Origin: an uncultured Syntrophomonadaceae bacterium
Lineage (GTDB): Bacteria; Bacillota; Dethiobacteria; DTU022
NCBI GenBank assembly: GCA_964458455.1
Contig: CAYWIY010000003.1
Coordinates: 1-49,803 of the forward strand
Length of the DNA: 49,803 nt
Direction: 5' to 3'
In this document: piece after piece, positions 10,653 to 19,386 of the stretch
Layout: each line of letters begins with the position of its first letter
Position numbering within the stretch: position 1 is the stretch's first letter
Notes under the pieces: model-generated
The model's database searches: none
What the model was told of the DNA's origin: nothing
What the model saw: the letters and a program-made list of their open reading frames with translations, nothing else
Made by a program: the position numbers and the translations under genes

Positions 10653-10747
10653 CAGGTGGTCCGGCGCTTTTTGGAACTGTAAAAGCAGGATTAACGCCTA
10701 TTTTGTAGAATACGGTTTGCACAACTAACAAACAAGGAGGGTTACCG

Positions 10748-11263
10748 GTGAAAGCGTTGCTTGTGATCGATATGGTGACTGACTTTATTAATCCTGATGG
10801 AGCCCTTTATATCGGCCCGGCAGCTGAAAAAGTGGTTCCCCAGGTTAAGTCCCGTTTAGAAGAATACCGGTCCAAAGGTTACCCGGTAATATTTGTCTGC
10901 GATAGCCACACCAGTGATGATGCTGAATTCAACCTCTTTCCTCCCCATAGTGTAAAGGGAAGCGGGGGTGAAGAAATTATCCCTGAACTGGCACCCCGGG
11001 CCGAGGAAAGGGTAATCGAAAAAAGGCGTTTCAGTGCTTTTGTGGGAACTGATCTCGATTTGACTTTAAGAGATAGAGGGATCCAGGAAATTGAGCTGGC
11101 CGGTGTGGTCACAAATATCTGTATCCTTTATACCGCTGCTATGGCCCGGATGTATGGATACAAGGTTGATGTTCCGGTCAGTGCTGTAGCCAGTTTTGAT
11201 GAAGAAGCTCACAATTTTGCCCTAAAAGAAATGGAAAAAACACTTGGAGTAACTATGCTCTAA
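10748..11263 (+). CDS. isochorismatase-family cysteine hydrolase, probable nicotinamidase (PncA-like)
   Basis: LLVIDMVTDF (Asp), EKRRFSAF (Lys) and GVVTNICILYT (Cys) form the catalytic-triad pattern. It lies directly upstream of a nicotinate phosphoribosyltransferase gene. Confidence 0.75.
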   Translation: MKALLVIDMVTDFINPDGALYIGPAAEKVVPQVKSRLEEYRSKGYPVIFVCDSHTSDDAEFNLFPPHSVKGSGGEEIIPELAPRAEERVIEKRRFSAFVGTDLDLTLRDRGIQEIELAGVVTNICILYTAAMARMYGYKVDVPVSAVASFDEEAHNFALKEMEKTLGVTML

Positions 11264-11280
11264 AACCGTTGGAGGAAAAA

Positions 11281-12321
11281 ATGAAGATAGAGGATTTCAT
11301 CACCCTAAAAGATATTGGCCAAATGATGGTAGACCCCAAGCAACGTTTTTTTTCTGCATCGGAGTCTGAGATACTAAAGGGCTTGACCAGCGATATTTAT
11401 TTTGTTCGCAGCAGAGATCTTTTGGCTTCCATGGATCTGGCCGACACGGAAGTGACGGCGGAAATATTCTCCTCGGGCGAAGGAGTGTTTGGCGGAATAG
11501 AAGAAGGGCTTCACCTGTTGAAGGGGCGTGATTTGGAGGTATGGGCGCTCCGGGAAGGTGATGCCATGGAAGCCAAGGAAGTGGTGATGCGAATCCGGGG
11601 GCGCTACGGGGATTTTGGCATTTATGAAACCCCCTTGCTGGGCATGCTGGCAAGTTCCAGCGGCTGGTGTACCGCAGCCCGTAAATGCAAGGAAGCTGCC
11701 GGAAACCGCACAGTGGTATGTTATGGCGCAAGGCACCTTCACCCTGCAGTCGCACCGGTGATGGAGCGATGCGCTGTAATTGGCGGAGCCGATGCTTGCA
11801 GCTGTATCCTGGGGGCTCTCCTGCTGGGACGGTCTCCGGTGGGGACTATCCCCCATGCCGCATTTCTCATAGCCGGCGACACCGTTGAACTGGCCAGGGC
11901 CTATGACCGTTTTCTTCCGGAAAATGCTCCCCGGATTGTTCTTGTCGATACCTTCAAAGACGAAACCGAAGAAGCTCTTAGAGTGGCCGAGGCGCTCGGC
12001 AAGCAGTTGAACGGTATCCGCCTTGACACTCCGGGAGAAAGAGGAGGCGTTACTCCCGGGTTGGTCCGGGAGGCCAGGGCCCGTTTGAACTGGAACGGCT
12101 ATGACCATGTTCAGATTATCGTATCCGGGGGGCTTAACCCGGAGCGAATTGTCAGGCTCTCTGAAGCCGGGGCAGACGCTTTTGGTGTGGGCAGTTATAT
12201 TGCAAGAGCGCCGGCTATAGATATGACCCTTGATTTAAAAGAAGTGCGCGGTGAGCCGGTAGCAAAGCGAGGCCGGATCCCTGGCATCACGGATAATAAA
12301 CGCCTGGTTAAGATGAACTGA
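11281..12321 (+). CDS. nicotinate phosphoribosyltransferase (short, archaeal/Thermoplasma-type type II PRTase)
   Basis: GTIPHAAFL..., VLVDTFKDE, GIRLDTPGERGG and IVSGGLNPERI motifs of the type II phosphoribosyltransferase barrel. Start at ATG 11281, five nt after GGAGG. The track start at 11269 lies within the RBS. Confidence 0.8.
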   Translation: MKIEDFITLKDIGQMMVDPKQRFFSASESEILKGLTSDIYFVRSRDLLASMDLADTEVTAEIFSSGEGVFGGIEEGLHLLKGRDLEVWALREGDAMEAKEVVMRIRGRYGDFGIYETPLLGMLASSSGWCTAARKCKEAAGNRTVVCYGARHLHPAVAPVMERCAVIGGADACSCILGALLLGRSPVGTIPHAAFLIAGDTVELARAYDRFLPENAPRIVLVDTFKDETEEALRVAEALGKQLNGIRLDTPGERGGVTPGLVREARARLNWNGYDHVQIIVSGGLNPERIVRLSEAGADAFGVGSYIARAPAIDMTLDLKEVRGEPVAKRGRIPGITDNKRLVKMN

Positions 12322-12322
12322 A

Positions 12323-13189
12323 ATGGCTAACTCTTTTACAGTCAAAGCGCCTGCTAAAATAAACCTGGGCTTAACCGTCACCAGCCGCCGGCAGGATGGA
12401 TATCATGAGCTTGAATCAGTCATGCAGCAGGTTTCCCTGGCCGACACCCTGTTATTTGAACCTATCCAGGGAACAGGCTGGCATTTTTTTTGCACTGACC
12501 GCGATCTCAGCGGGCCGGACAACCTGGCAGCTCGGGCGGCAGCCCTCCTGGAAGAAAGGGCCGGTAAAAGCTTACCCGCAGTTAATATTACTCTTTATAA
12601 AAATATACCTGTCGAGGCCGGGCTGGCAGGTGGAAGCGCCGATTGCGCCGCCGCCCTGGCCGGTTTAAACTGGTTTTGGGGCCTGGGTTACGATCTTGCT
12701 GAGCTGCAGGAACTCGGCTTGCTTTTAGGCTCTGATGTCCCTTACTGCCTGCAGGGTGGGACGGCGCTGGCCCGGGGGCGAGGGGAAAAACTGGAAAGAC
12801 TGCCTCCCTTACCTATTTTTTGGGTTGTTTTAGCCCTGCCTGCAGACCTGCGGATGTCCACGGCCTCTGCTTATAAGAGCTTTGATAAGAATAAGATGGG
12901 CGAACCCGCTCTTACTCCACTGGTTACAGCTATCAGGGAAGGCAGCAGGAGCAAAATTTTAAAGTGGCTTGGCAGAGGTTTTACCAATACCCTTGAAACA
13001 GCATTTGTGCCGGGCACAGATAAACTTAAAGAAAAAAAACGCGCTCTTGAACACCGGGGGCTGCGGCCGATATTATCTGGAAGCGGCCCTGCTCTTTTTA
13101 TGTTGCATGAAGATTATTACCAGGCCTGTAAGGCTGCCCGTATGGTTGAGGAAGCAAACTGCAGGGCCTACCTGTGCTGGACCTTATAA
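12323..13189 (+). CDS. ispE: 4-diphosphocytidyl-2-C-methyl-D-erythritol kinase
   Basis: KAPAKINLGL.V...R.DGYHEL.S, GHMP-kinase motif PVEAGLAGGSADCAAAL. The start is 1 nt after the preceding stop. Confidence 0.93.
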   Translation: MANSFTVKAPAKINLGLTVTSRRQDGYHELESVMQQVSLADTLLFEPIQGTGWHFFCTDRDLSGPDNLAARAAALLEERAGKSLPAVNITLYKNIPVEAGLAGGSADCAAALAGLNWFWGLGYDLAELQELGLLLGSDVPYCLQGGTALARGRGEKLERLPPLPIFWVVLALPADLRMSTASAYKSFDKNKMGEPALTPLVTAIREGSRSKILKWLGRGFTNTLETAFVPGTDKLKEKKRALEHRGLRPILSGSGPALFMLHEDYYQACKAARMVEEANCRAYLCWTL

Positions 13190-13338
13190 TTATGTGTGAT
13201 GCGCCTGTTTTTTGTTAACCATGACAGGCGTGAAATAAAAATCAAACGAGGGTAGTTTTCATATCAGGCACTTTAGTCGCCAGCCGGTAGTGGCTGAGCA
13301 GGCAGGCAAATTTTAAGAATGCCGGGAAGGGTGGTAAC

Positions 13339-14094
13339 ATGTTTGATGCTGTAGTACTGGCCGGGGGAGGCAAACCGGAACCGCTTACCGAACAGGAACA
13401 GGTAAGTAATAAAGCTTTTATCCTGGTTAACGGGCGGCCTCTGCTTGCCTACATCCTAAAAGCACTCCAGGAAGCTGCTTCAATTAACAAGATTGTAGTT
13501 GTAGGGCCGGATGAAGAGCTTCGCCAGTTAAATGAAGAAGGTTATAACTTTGAACCGGTCCAGGAAAGAGGAAGTATGCTTGATAATCTTGCCGCCGGTT
13601 TTGAGTCTGTTGACCGGGAGCGCCAGTGCCTGGTTGTCACCGCAGATATTCCTTTGATCAATGCTTCAATAATAGAAACGTTTTTAGGCCTCTGTGAGCC
13701 CCATGATCACGACCTTTATTACCCGATCTTAGATAAGGAAGCCTGTGTCCGTCATTTTCCCGAAACGGAACGGACTTATGTCCGCCTGAAAGAAGGCCGG
13801 GTTACCGGCGGAAATGTGGGCCTGGTAAACCCGGGCTGGTATTTACAAAACAAGGCCCGCCTGGAAATGTTCATATCATACCGAAAAAAACCGGTTAAAT
13901 TACTCCGCATATTGCCCCTGACCCTGGTACTTAAATACTTGTTCAAACAACTGGGTGTTCGTGACCTTGAACTATTCCTTTCCCGTTTATTGAACCTTAA
14001 AGCGAAGGCTGTTCCCTGCAGCCTGGTTGAACTGGGCCTGGATGTTGATAAGATCAGCGACCTGGCAGTTGTAAAACAGGCCTTAAAAGGGTAA
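13339..14094 (+). CDS. MobA-like NTP-transferase-domain (nucleotidyltransferase family) protein
   Basis: N-terminus AVVLAGGGK...NKAFILVNGRPLL is the nucleotidyltransferase G-loop signature. Substrate unknown. RBS GGGAAGGGTGG. Confidence 0.65.
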   Translation: MFDAVVLAGGGKPEPLTEQEQVSNKAFILVNGRPLLAYILKALQEAASINKIVVVGPDEELRQLNEEGYNFEPVQERGSMLDNLAAGFESVDRERQCLVVTADIPLINASIIETFLGLCEPHDHDLYYPILDKEACVRHFPETERTYVRLKEGRVTGGNVGLVNPGWYLQNKARLEMFISYRKKPVKLLRILPLTLVLKYLFKQLGVRDLELFLSRLLNLKAKAVPCSLVELGLDVDKISDLAVVKQALKG

Positions 14095-14100
14095 AGCGAT

Positions 14101-14994
14101 TTAATAATTATCATGTTCTATGGGAACTTTTTTTTCAGGCCAGCTGGCAAACCTGTGAATCCGGTTTTCTTTATCTCCTTTGATGTTTTTGAATATGGAA
14201 GCAGTAGTTTTATCGAGGGGGTTGTAAGCTAAAAGGTAGAGCTCACCTTTCTTTGTGCTGATAATGGTTTCTGTTGCCAGGTAAGAAAGCGGCCCGTAGC
14301 GGGGGTGCTCATAGAGAAAATGTACGTAAGTCAGGTCGTAACGGTCGGCGTAGCGCTGGCAGAAATACCAGTCGATGTCGAATTGTTTTTCCTGGAGAAG
14401 CACCTTCATCAGGTAATTAAAGTAAGCTGTATGGCGGTAGCGCAGGGTGGAACGGCGAAAGAGGAGTATTTCTATGGTTGCTATTTTCCGCCAAAAAGAC
14501 CCGAAAATTTCCCTGGCTCCAAAGGCTGGTGAATAGACCAGGTTAAGCAAGTTTTGGCCGGCTGGGATCTGTTTGGCGTAATCGAGTAGTTCCGGGGTGA
14601 TCAAAAACAGGTTCAAGGTGGAAACATTTGCGGCAACGATGTCTGCATAAGCATCTAATAACAATACAGGCACCTGGAGGTTTTCTATTTCATGGAGAAG
14701 GTTGTTCAACTGATTGATTGAATCTTCACGGGCAAAAAGCTGCTCATCCGACAGGCCGAGGGCGGCATACAGGAACTCTTTTCTCTCCAGGTTGGTCAGG
14801 TTAAATGAGTCAGCCAGCAGCAACAATGTTTGCGTATCCAGGTATTTTCGGTCTCCCCGTTCCAACCTGCCCAGCTGATCCGGGCTTAAGTGTACCGCCC
14901 TGCTCAAGCTTTCCCTCGTCCAGGGATTACCCCACTGATCTACGCTGCTTTTTCGCAGGGTTTTAATGAGCAGGCCAAAGTCGTTAAGGTTCAT
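14101..14994 (-). CDS. MmyB-like transcriptional regulator (XRE-type HTH plus C-terminal MLTR/PAS-like ligand-binding domain)
   Basis: HTH region LSRAVHLSPDQLGRLERGDRK...LLLLADSFNLTNLERKEFLYAALGL, then VPVLLLDAYADIVAANVSTLNLF. This parallels the recalled MmyB family layout (TRLEQGR...L.L...ER.HL..LA, then PA.VLD...DVLA.N..A..LF). About 297 aa. Confidence 0.6.
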   Translation of the reverse strand: MNLNDFGLLIKTLRKSSVDQWGNPWTRESLSRAVHLSPDQLGRLERGDRKYLDTQTLLLLADSFNLTNLERKEFLYAALGLSDEQLFAREDSINQLNNLLHEIENLQVPVLLLDAYADIVAANVSTLNLFLITPELLDYAKQIPAGQNLLNLVYSPAFGAREIFGSFWRKIATIEILLFRRSTLRYRHTAYFNYLMKVLLQEKQFDIDWYFCQRYADRYDLTYVHFLYEHPRYGPLSYLATETIISTKKGELYLLAYNPLDKTTASIFKNIKGDKENRIHRFASWPEKKVPIEHDNY

Positions 14995-15033
14995 TCTAAT
15001 ACCCCAATTTATATAATTTTAGTAGTTACTGTT

Positions 15034-15061
15034 TTTATATTGTTTGCCCAAAAACTTGCAA
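15034..15061 (-). promoter_or_regulatory. putative promoter of the MmyB-like regulator gene
   Basis: The minus strand reads TTGCAA (15061-15056), a 16-bp spacer, then TATAAA (15039-15034). It lies about 40 nt upstream of ATG 14994. Confidence 0.45.
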
Positions 15062-15400
15062 TTTTTCGCACGGTGCCTTACGAAAAAATGTAAGATTAAA
15101 TCATTTCCAAAAAAGGTTGTAGAGGTTATGATTATGTATACAAAACAAAAACTATATTCTACTAGCATAATTAATTTTCTTTAAACTCATCATAACTGAT
15201 CTTGAGAATGAATGCAAAGATGCGGAAAATAAGATATACTTGCTAGCAGTCAGTTTTTAAACTAGTTTAGCCTGATTCAGCTGATTTCCCTTGATCTATG
15301 GTCATTTCCGTTTAAATAAGTAATGGTGTGCAGGGTTAGCAGTTGAAATCTACAACCAGTGGAGAGCGAGAGTTTACATATAAGTTGGAGGAGGGGTTTA

Positions 15401-15676
15401 ATGGTTGTTACAGATGTAAGGGTAAGACGGATAACGCAGGAAGGTAAGATGAGGGCGATAGTATCAATTACCCTGAATGATTGTTTTGCAGTGCATGATG
15501 TGCGGGTAATTGAGGGAAGTAATGGTTTATTTGTGGCCATGCCCAGCAAACGAAACCCAAATGGTGAATTCAGGGACATCGCTCACCCGATCAACGCAAG
15601 CACCAGGGGTGATATCCAGGATGCAGTGATTGAGGCCTATACCGCGGAACTGGAAAAAACTGCTGTAAAAGCTTAA
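15401..15676 (+). CDS. spoVG: septation/sporulation regulator SpoVG
   Basis: [11 protein letters not shown]...[49 protein letters not shown] is the SpoVG consensus. Start at ATG 15401 after GGAGGAGGGG. Confidence 0.95.
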   Translation: MVVTDVRVRRITQEGKMRAIVSITLNDCFAVHDVRVIEGSNGLFVAMPSKRNPNGEFRDIAHPINASTRGDIQDAVIEAYTAELEKTAVKA

Positions 15677-15701
15677 GGAATTATTCTACCTTTCTTTTAT
15701 T

Positions 15702-15730
15702 TTGTCCCTTCTCCTCAACTGCAGTATAAT
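15702..15730 (+). promoter_or_regulatory. putative promoter upstream of glmU
   Basis: TTGTCC (15702-15707), a 17-bp spacer, then TATAAT (15725-15730). Confidence 0.45.
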
Positions 15731-15769
15731 GAACAGCAGGATCATTATACGAGATAGGAGGGGCTGTTT

Positions 15770-16762
15770 GTGAAAGAAATTTGGGCTGTAGTGCTGGCTG
15801 CGGGTGAAGGGAAACGTATGCATTCCCGGTTGCCTAAGGTTCTTCATCCCCTGTGTGGAAAAAGAATGTTGGAATATATACTGGAAAGCGCCGGTGAACT
15901 GACAAAGCAAGTTCTAATTGTTGTCGGTCACGGCGCTTTGCAGGTTCAGGAAAAGATCGGTGACCGGTGGGCTTATGTTTGCCAAAAAGAACAGCTGGGA
16001 ACCGGCCACGCTGTAATGGAGGCGCTTAAAGAGCTGCCCCGGGAAGGGACGCTTTTAGTGCTGTGTGGGGATACCCCGCTTTTAGAGGCCTCTTACCTGC
16101 GGGAGCTGGTAGATTGCCACCACAATAACGCGGCTGTGGTAGCAACAGCAGAAGTTCCAAACCCTGCCGGTTATGGCCGCATCATTCGTGATCAAAGTGG
16201 ACAGGTAGAAAAAATTGTTGAAGACAGGGACGCTTCGGAAACAGAAAAAAAAATTACCGAGATTAACACCGGCACCTACTGCTTTGATCTTGAATTGCTT
16301 CGTTATTACCTGCCCCGCCTGGGGACCGATAATGTGCAAAAAGAATATTACCTGCCCGATGTCGTGGAAATGATGCGGCAGGATGGTCACAGTACCGGCG
16401 CCTGCCTTCTTAATGATTACCGGGTGGGCCTGGGTATCAATAACCGGGTTCACCTGGCTGAAGCGGTGAACATCCTACAGGATAATATTAAACATCGTTT
16501 AATGCTGAGCGGCGTTACCATAGAAGACCCGGATTCTGTATTCATTGATCATGATGTTCAGATTGCCCCGGATTCGGTGATCCGGCCCGGTTCTGTAATT
16601 GAAAAAGGGAGTATTATCGGGGAAGAATGCGAGATTGGCCCTGGCACCCACCTCGTTAACGCTATAGTTGGGAACAGCTCGATTGTCCGCCAATCAGCCG
16701 TTTATAATGCTACCCTGGAAAAAGGTTCTAAGGTCGGGCCTTTTGCCTGTATCAACCGGTAA
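15770..16762 (+). CDS. glmU: GlmU (GlcNAc-1-P uridyltransferase / GlcN-1-P acetyltransferase), apparently 3'-truncated and a possible pseudogene or assembly artefact
   Basis: N-terminal LAAGEGKRM pyrophosphorylase domain, then the start of the left-handed beta-helix (GVTIEDPDSVFIDHDVQIAPDSVIRPGSVIEKGSIIGEECEIGPGTHL...). The frame stops at TAA 16760-16762, right after GPFACINR. That gives 330 aa against the roughly 450-460 aa normal for the family. Confidence 0.8.
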   Translation: MKEIWAVVLAAGEGKRMHSRLPKVLHPLCGKRMLEYILESAGELTKQVLIVVGHGALQVQEKIGDRWAYVCQKEQLGTGHAVMEALKELPREGTLLVLCGDTPLLEASYLRELVDCHHNNAAVVATAEVPNPAGYGRIIRDQSGQVEKIVEDRDASETEKKITEINTGTYCFDLELLRYYLPRLGTDNVQKEYYLPDVVEMMRQDGHSTGACLLNDYRVGLGINNRVHLAEAVNILQDNIKHRLMLSGVTIEDPDSVFIDHDVQIAPDSVIRPGSVIEKGSIIGEECEIGPGTHLVNAIVGNSSIVRQSAVYNATLEKGSKVGPFACINR

Positions 16763-16969
16763 CCTTCAGGCTGCCCTGGATCTCATTCTTGAAAGGGTTC
16801 ACAGCGTGCTTTTTATCCGGCCGGGAGTGTCACGCCATGCTATGAACTGGTAGAACCGGATCGAAACATTACCCTCCTGGCAGGAATAACGGGAGAAGAA
16901 AGAGAAAAGTATAACCTGGAACAATACTGTAAGGCATTTCCGCATAAAAAAGTCACAGGAGGGTTAAAG

Positions 16970-17938
16970 GTGATCAATGCAAAGGTGATCAACGGAGAGG
17001 AACTTAAGATATTTTGCGGTAGCGCAAACCGGGAGTTGGCCGAAGAAATAGCTGAATATGTGGGAGCTCCCCTTAGTGATTGTGAGGTTACCCGTTTCAG
17101 CGATGGAGAAATATCGATTAGTATCAGGGAAAGTGTCCGCGGGGCCAACGCCTTTTTGATCCAGCCCCTGTGCGGGCCTATAAACGACAGTATCCTTGAG
17201 CTTTTGATCATCATTGACGCTCTCAAGAGGGCTTCGGTCAATTCGGTCAATGTCGTTGTCCCTTATTATGCCTACGCCCGGCAGGACCGCAAAACCAGGG
17301 CCCGCGATCCGATTACCGCCAAACTGGTGGCAGATTTGATTACGGCGGCAGGAGCCAACCGTGTGGTAGCCATGGACCTGCATGCCGGGCAAATCCAGGG
17401 CTTTTTTAACATTCCCCTCGATCATCTGACCGCTTTGCCTATTCTGGCCAAATACTTTAAGGAAAAAAACATAGAAAACGGGGTGGTTGTTTCTCCCGAT
17501 CTTGGCGGCGTAACCAGGGCAAGAGATCTGGCCAACCGCCTGGTGATGCCGATTGCCATCATAGATAAAAAAAGACCGGCTCCGAACAAGGCTGAAGTTA
17601 TGAATATTATAGGAGACGTAAAGGGAAAAACAGCTATCTTTATCGACGATATGATCGATACTGCAGGAACGATTACTCTTGGGGCTGAAGCTTTGCTGGA
17701 GGCAGGGGCTCACAAAGTGTTTGCCTGTTGTACTCACCCGGTATTTTCCGGCCCCGCTCTCAAGCGCCTCAGTGACTCAAATATTGAAGAAGTGGTTTAT
17801 ACCAATTCCATACCGATCGATCGGGGCATGTTACGGGGACTCAATGATTGTTTTACCTCGCTCTCGGTGGCTCCCCTGATTGGCGAGGCTATAATCAGGA
17901 TTCAGAAGAAAAAATCGGTCAGCGAACTGTTTGATTGA
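16970..17938 (+). CDS. prs: ribose-phosphate pyrophosphokinase
   Basis: [33 protein letters not shown] and the PRPP loop [14 protein letters not shown]...[15 protein letters not shown] start after AGGAGGG. Confidence 0.97.
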   Translation: MINAKVINGEELKIFCGSANRELAEEIAEYVGAPLSDCEVTRFSDGEISISIRESVRGANAFLIQPLCGPINDSILELLIIIDALKRASVNSVNVVVPYYAYARQDRKTRARDPITAKLVADLITAAGANRVVAMDLHAGQIQGFFNIPLDHLTALPILAKYFKEKNIENGVVVSPDLGGVTRARDLANRLVMPIAIIDKKRPAPNKAEVMNIIGDVKGKTAIFIDDMIDTAGTITLGAEALLEAGAHKVFACCTHPVFSGPALKRLSDSNIEEVVYTNSIPIDRGMLRGLNDCFTSLSVAPLIGEAIIRIQKKKSVSELFD

Positions 17939-17991
17939 GTTGATCTTCACCGCTTCCTGCAGTATACTATTGCAGAAGGAGGCTGGAAAGA

Positions 17992-18675
17992 ATGGAAAGA
18001 ATGGAAATGGAAGTACAAACTCGTCCGCCTTTGACCAAGGGGCAGCTTAAAGAACTGCGTCGGGAAGACAAAGTACCGGCAGTGCTTTACGGCAGGGGAG
18101 AAGATAATTTTCCCGTGGTCGTAGACGGACGCACCTTAAGGCAAGTTTTAACTACCGGGGGCGGCAACGTCCTGCTCGATCTCAAGGTCAAAGCAAAAGG
18201 TAAGAAGACAAGGCAAGAAACAGTAATGTTCAGGGATATCCAGAGGGATATACTATACCAGGATCGTATTCTGCATGTCGACTTAATCCGAATTTCTATG
18301 ACCGACAAGATTGAAGTTCCTGTTCATCTTAATTTCGTTGGAGAACCGGCCGGTGTTGAGGAAGGCGGGGTTTTATCCCTGGTATCAAGGGAAGTTGAAG
18401 TTAAATGTTTGCCCGGTGATATTCCCGAACAATTTGATGTCGATATTTCAGCACTGGAGATTGGCGACAGCATTACTGCCGAGAGCCTGGTGTTGGAAGG
18501 CGATATCGAATTGATCTCCCCTTCTGATACCGTCCTGGCACAGGTTCAGGCTCCAATTTCCGAAGAAGAATTAGAGCCGACCACCGAGGAAGAAGAACTT
18601 GAAGAAGGTGAAGAGGCTGCCGAAGAGGCTGCCGAAGAAGATTCTTCTGCTGAAGGTACTGAAGAAGAAAGTTAA
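17992..18675 (+). CDS. ctc: 50S ribosomal protein L25 / general stress protein Ctc, with an acidic C-terminal tail
   Basis: KELRREDKVPAVLYGRGEDN..VVVD, HVDLIRI and LNFVGEPAGV are the Ctc-form L25 signature. Three in-frame ATGs lie at 17992, 18001 and 18007. Confidence 0.93.
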   Translation: MERMEMEVQTRPPLTKGQLKELRREDKVPAVLYGRGEDNFPVVVDGRTLRQVLTTGGGNVLLDLKVKAKGKKTRQETVMFRDIQRDILYQDRILHVDLIRISMTDKIEVPVHLNFVGEPAGVEEGGVLSLVSREVEVKCLPGDIPEQFDVDISALEIGDSITAESLVLEGDIELISPSDTVLAQVQAPISEEELEPTTEEEELEEGEEAAEEAAEEDSSAEGTEEES

Positions 18676-18774
18676 AAGGATTATAGCTTGCAGCACGGAG
18701 ATCTTTAGAGAAAATGCCCCTTGTTTGAGGGGCATTAATCTTACATGCAACTTGTCCGGGACTGGAGAGATTGG

Positions 18775-19353
18775 ATGTACCTGATCGTAGGCCTTGGGAA
18801 TCCTAAAAAACAGTATTCAAACACCAGGCATAATCTGGGTTTTCAGGTTGTGGAAGCTCTGGCGCGCCGCCTGAATGCAGGCACACCTGTATCTAAGCAC
18901 CGCTCTTTGCTGGCCAAAGCGGAGTATAACGGCAGCAAATTGCTCCTGGCCCAGCCGCTTACCTACATGAACCGCAGCGGATTGGCTGTTAAAGAGATTG
19001 TGCGTAACTACGACCTGGACCTGGACAGGATCCTGGTCATTTATGATGATCTCGATCTTTCGCCCGGAACTATCAGGCTCCGCAAAAAAGGCGGGGGAGC
19101 CGGGCACCGCGGCATACAATCGATTATTGCTTCCCTGGAAACCGAAGAGTTTCCGCGTTTGAGGATCGGCATCGGCAGGCCTCCCCCTGGCATGGAGGCT
19201 TCCGAGTACGTTTTACAACCGCTTGCGGGAGAAGACCGGGAGTTAATTGAATCAGCTTTGGGTAAAGCGGAAGAAGCTGTCCTTATGTTTATTAGTGAAG
19301 GGCTGGAACCGGCAATGAATAATTATAATCAGGGCTTGTCATCTTCCGATTAA
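18775..19353 (+). CDS. pth: peptidyl-tRNA hydrolase
   Basis: MYLIVGLGNP...Y..TRHNLGF, PLTYMNRSG, DDLDL..G..R.RKKGG.GHRG. Start at ATG 18775 after GGAGAG. The track start at 18745 adds a non-conserved extension. Confidence 0.95.
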   Translation: MYLIVGLGNPKKQYSNTRHNLGFQVVEALARRLNAGTPVSKHRSLLAKAEYNGSKLLLAQPLTYMNRSGLAVKEIVRNYDLDLDRILVIYDDLDLSPGTIRLRKKGGGAGHRGIQSIIASLETEEFPRLRIGIGRPPPGMEASEYVLQPLAGEDRELIESALGKAEEAVLMFISEGLEPAMNNYNQGLSSSD

Positions 19354-19386
19354 TATGCTAAACTTTTTATCATTATAATATAATTA

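Noticed and set aside
11374-12108. 244-aa minus-strand ORF, and others such as 1021-1566, 16964-17737, 36813-37322, 39712-40353 and 48745-49203.
   Set aside because: All lie fully antisense inside well-supported conserved genes, lack RBSs, and have Pro/Gly/Arg/Ser-rich low-complexity translations typical of shadow ORFs in GC-rich coding DNA.
13201-13231. Hairpin GCGCCTGT / ACAGGCGT after ispE as a terminator.
   Set aside because: It has a 15-nt loop and no U-tract on either strand, so the evidence is insufficient to annotate it as an intrinsic terminator.
15128-15184. 18-codon ORF (MIMYTKQKLYSTSIINFL) in the AT-rich spacer upstream of spoVG.
   Set aside because: The AGAGG motif abuts the ATG with about 2 nt spacing. 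AT-rich sequence yields such ORFs by chance.
15320-15350. Sigma-H-type promoter for spoVG (AGGGTT ... GAAAT).
   Set aside because: The spacing between the two elements is only about 7 bp, against the roughly 11-14 bp needed for sigma-H promoters, so it was not called.
16763-16969. Remnants of the missing GlmU C-terminus in alternative frames (FIRPGVS..., PAGSVT...).
   Set aside because: The matches are only 3-6 residues and could be chance. The space (207 bp) is too small to hold the missing ~120 codons, so a simple frameshift cannot explain the truncation.
18713-18736. Hairpin AATGCCCC / GGGGCATT between ctc and pth as a terminator.
   Set aside because: It is followed by AATCTTA and not by a U-run, and pth starts 39 nt later. 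It may be a stability or processing hairpin, but not a confident terminator.
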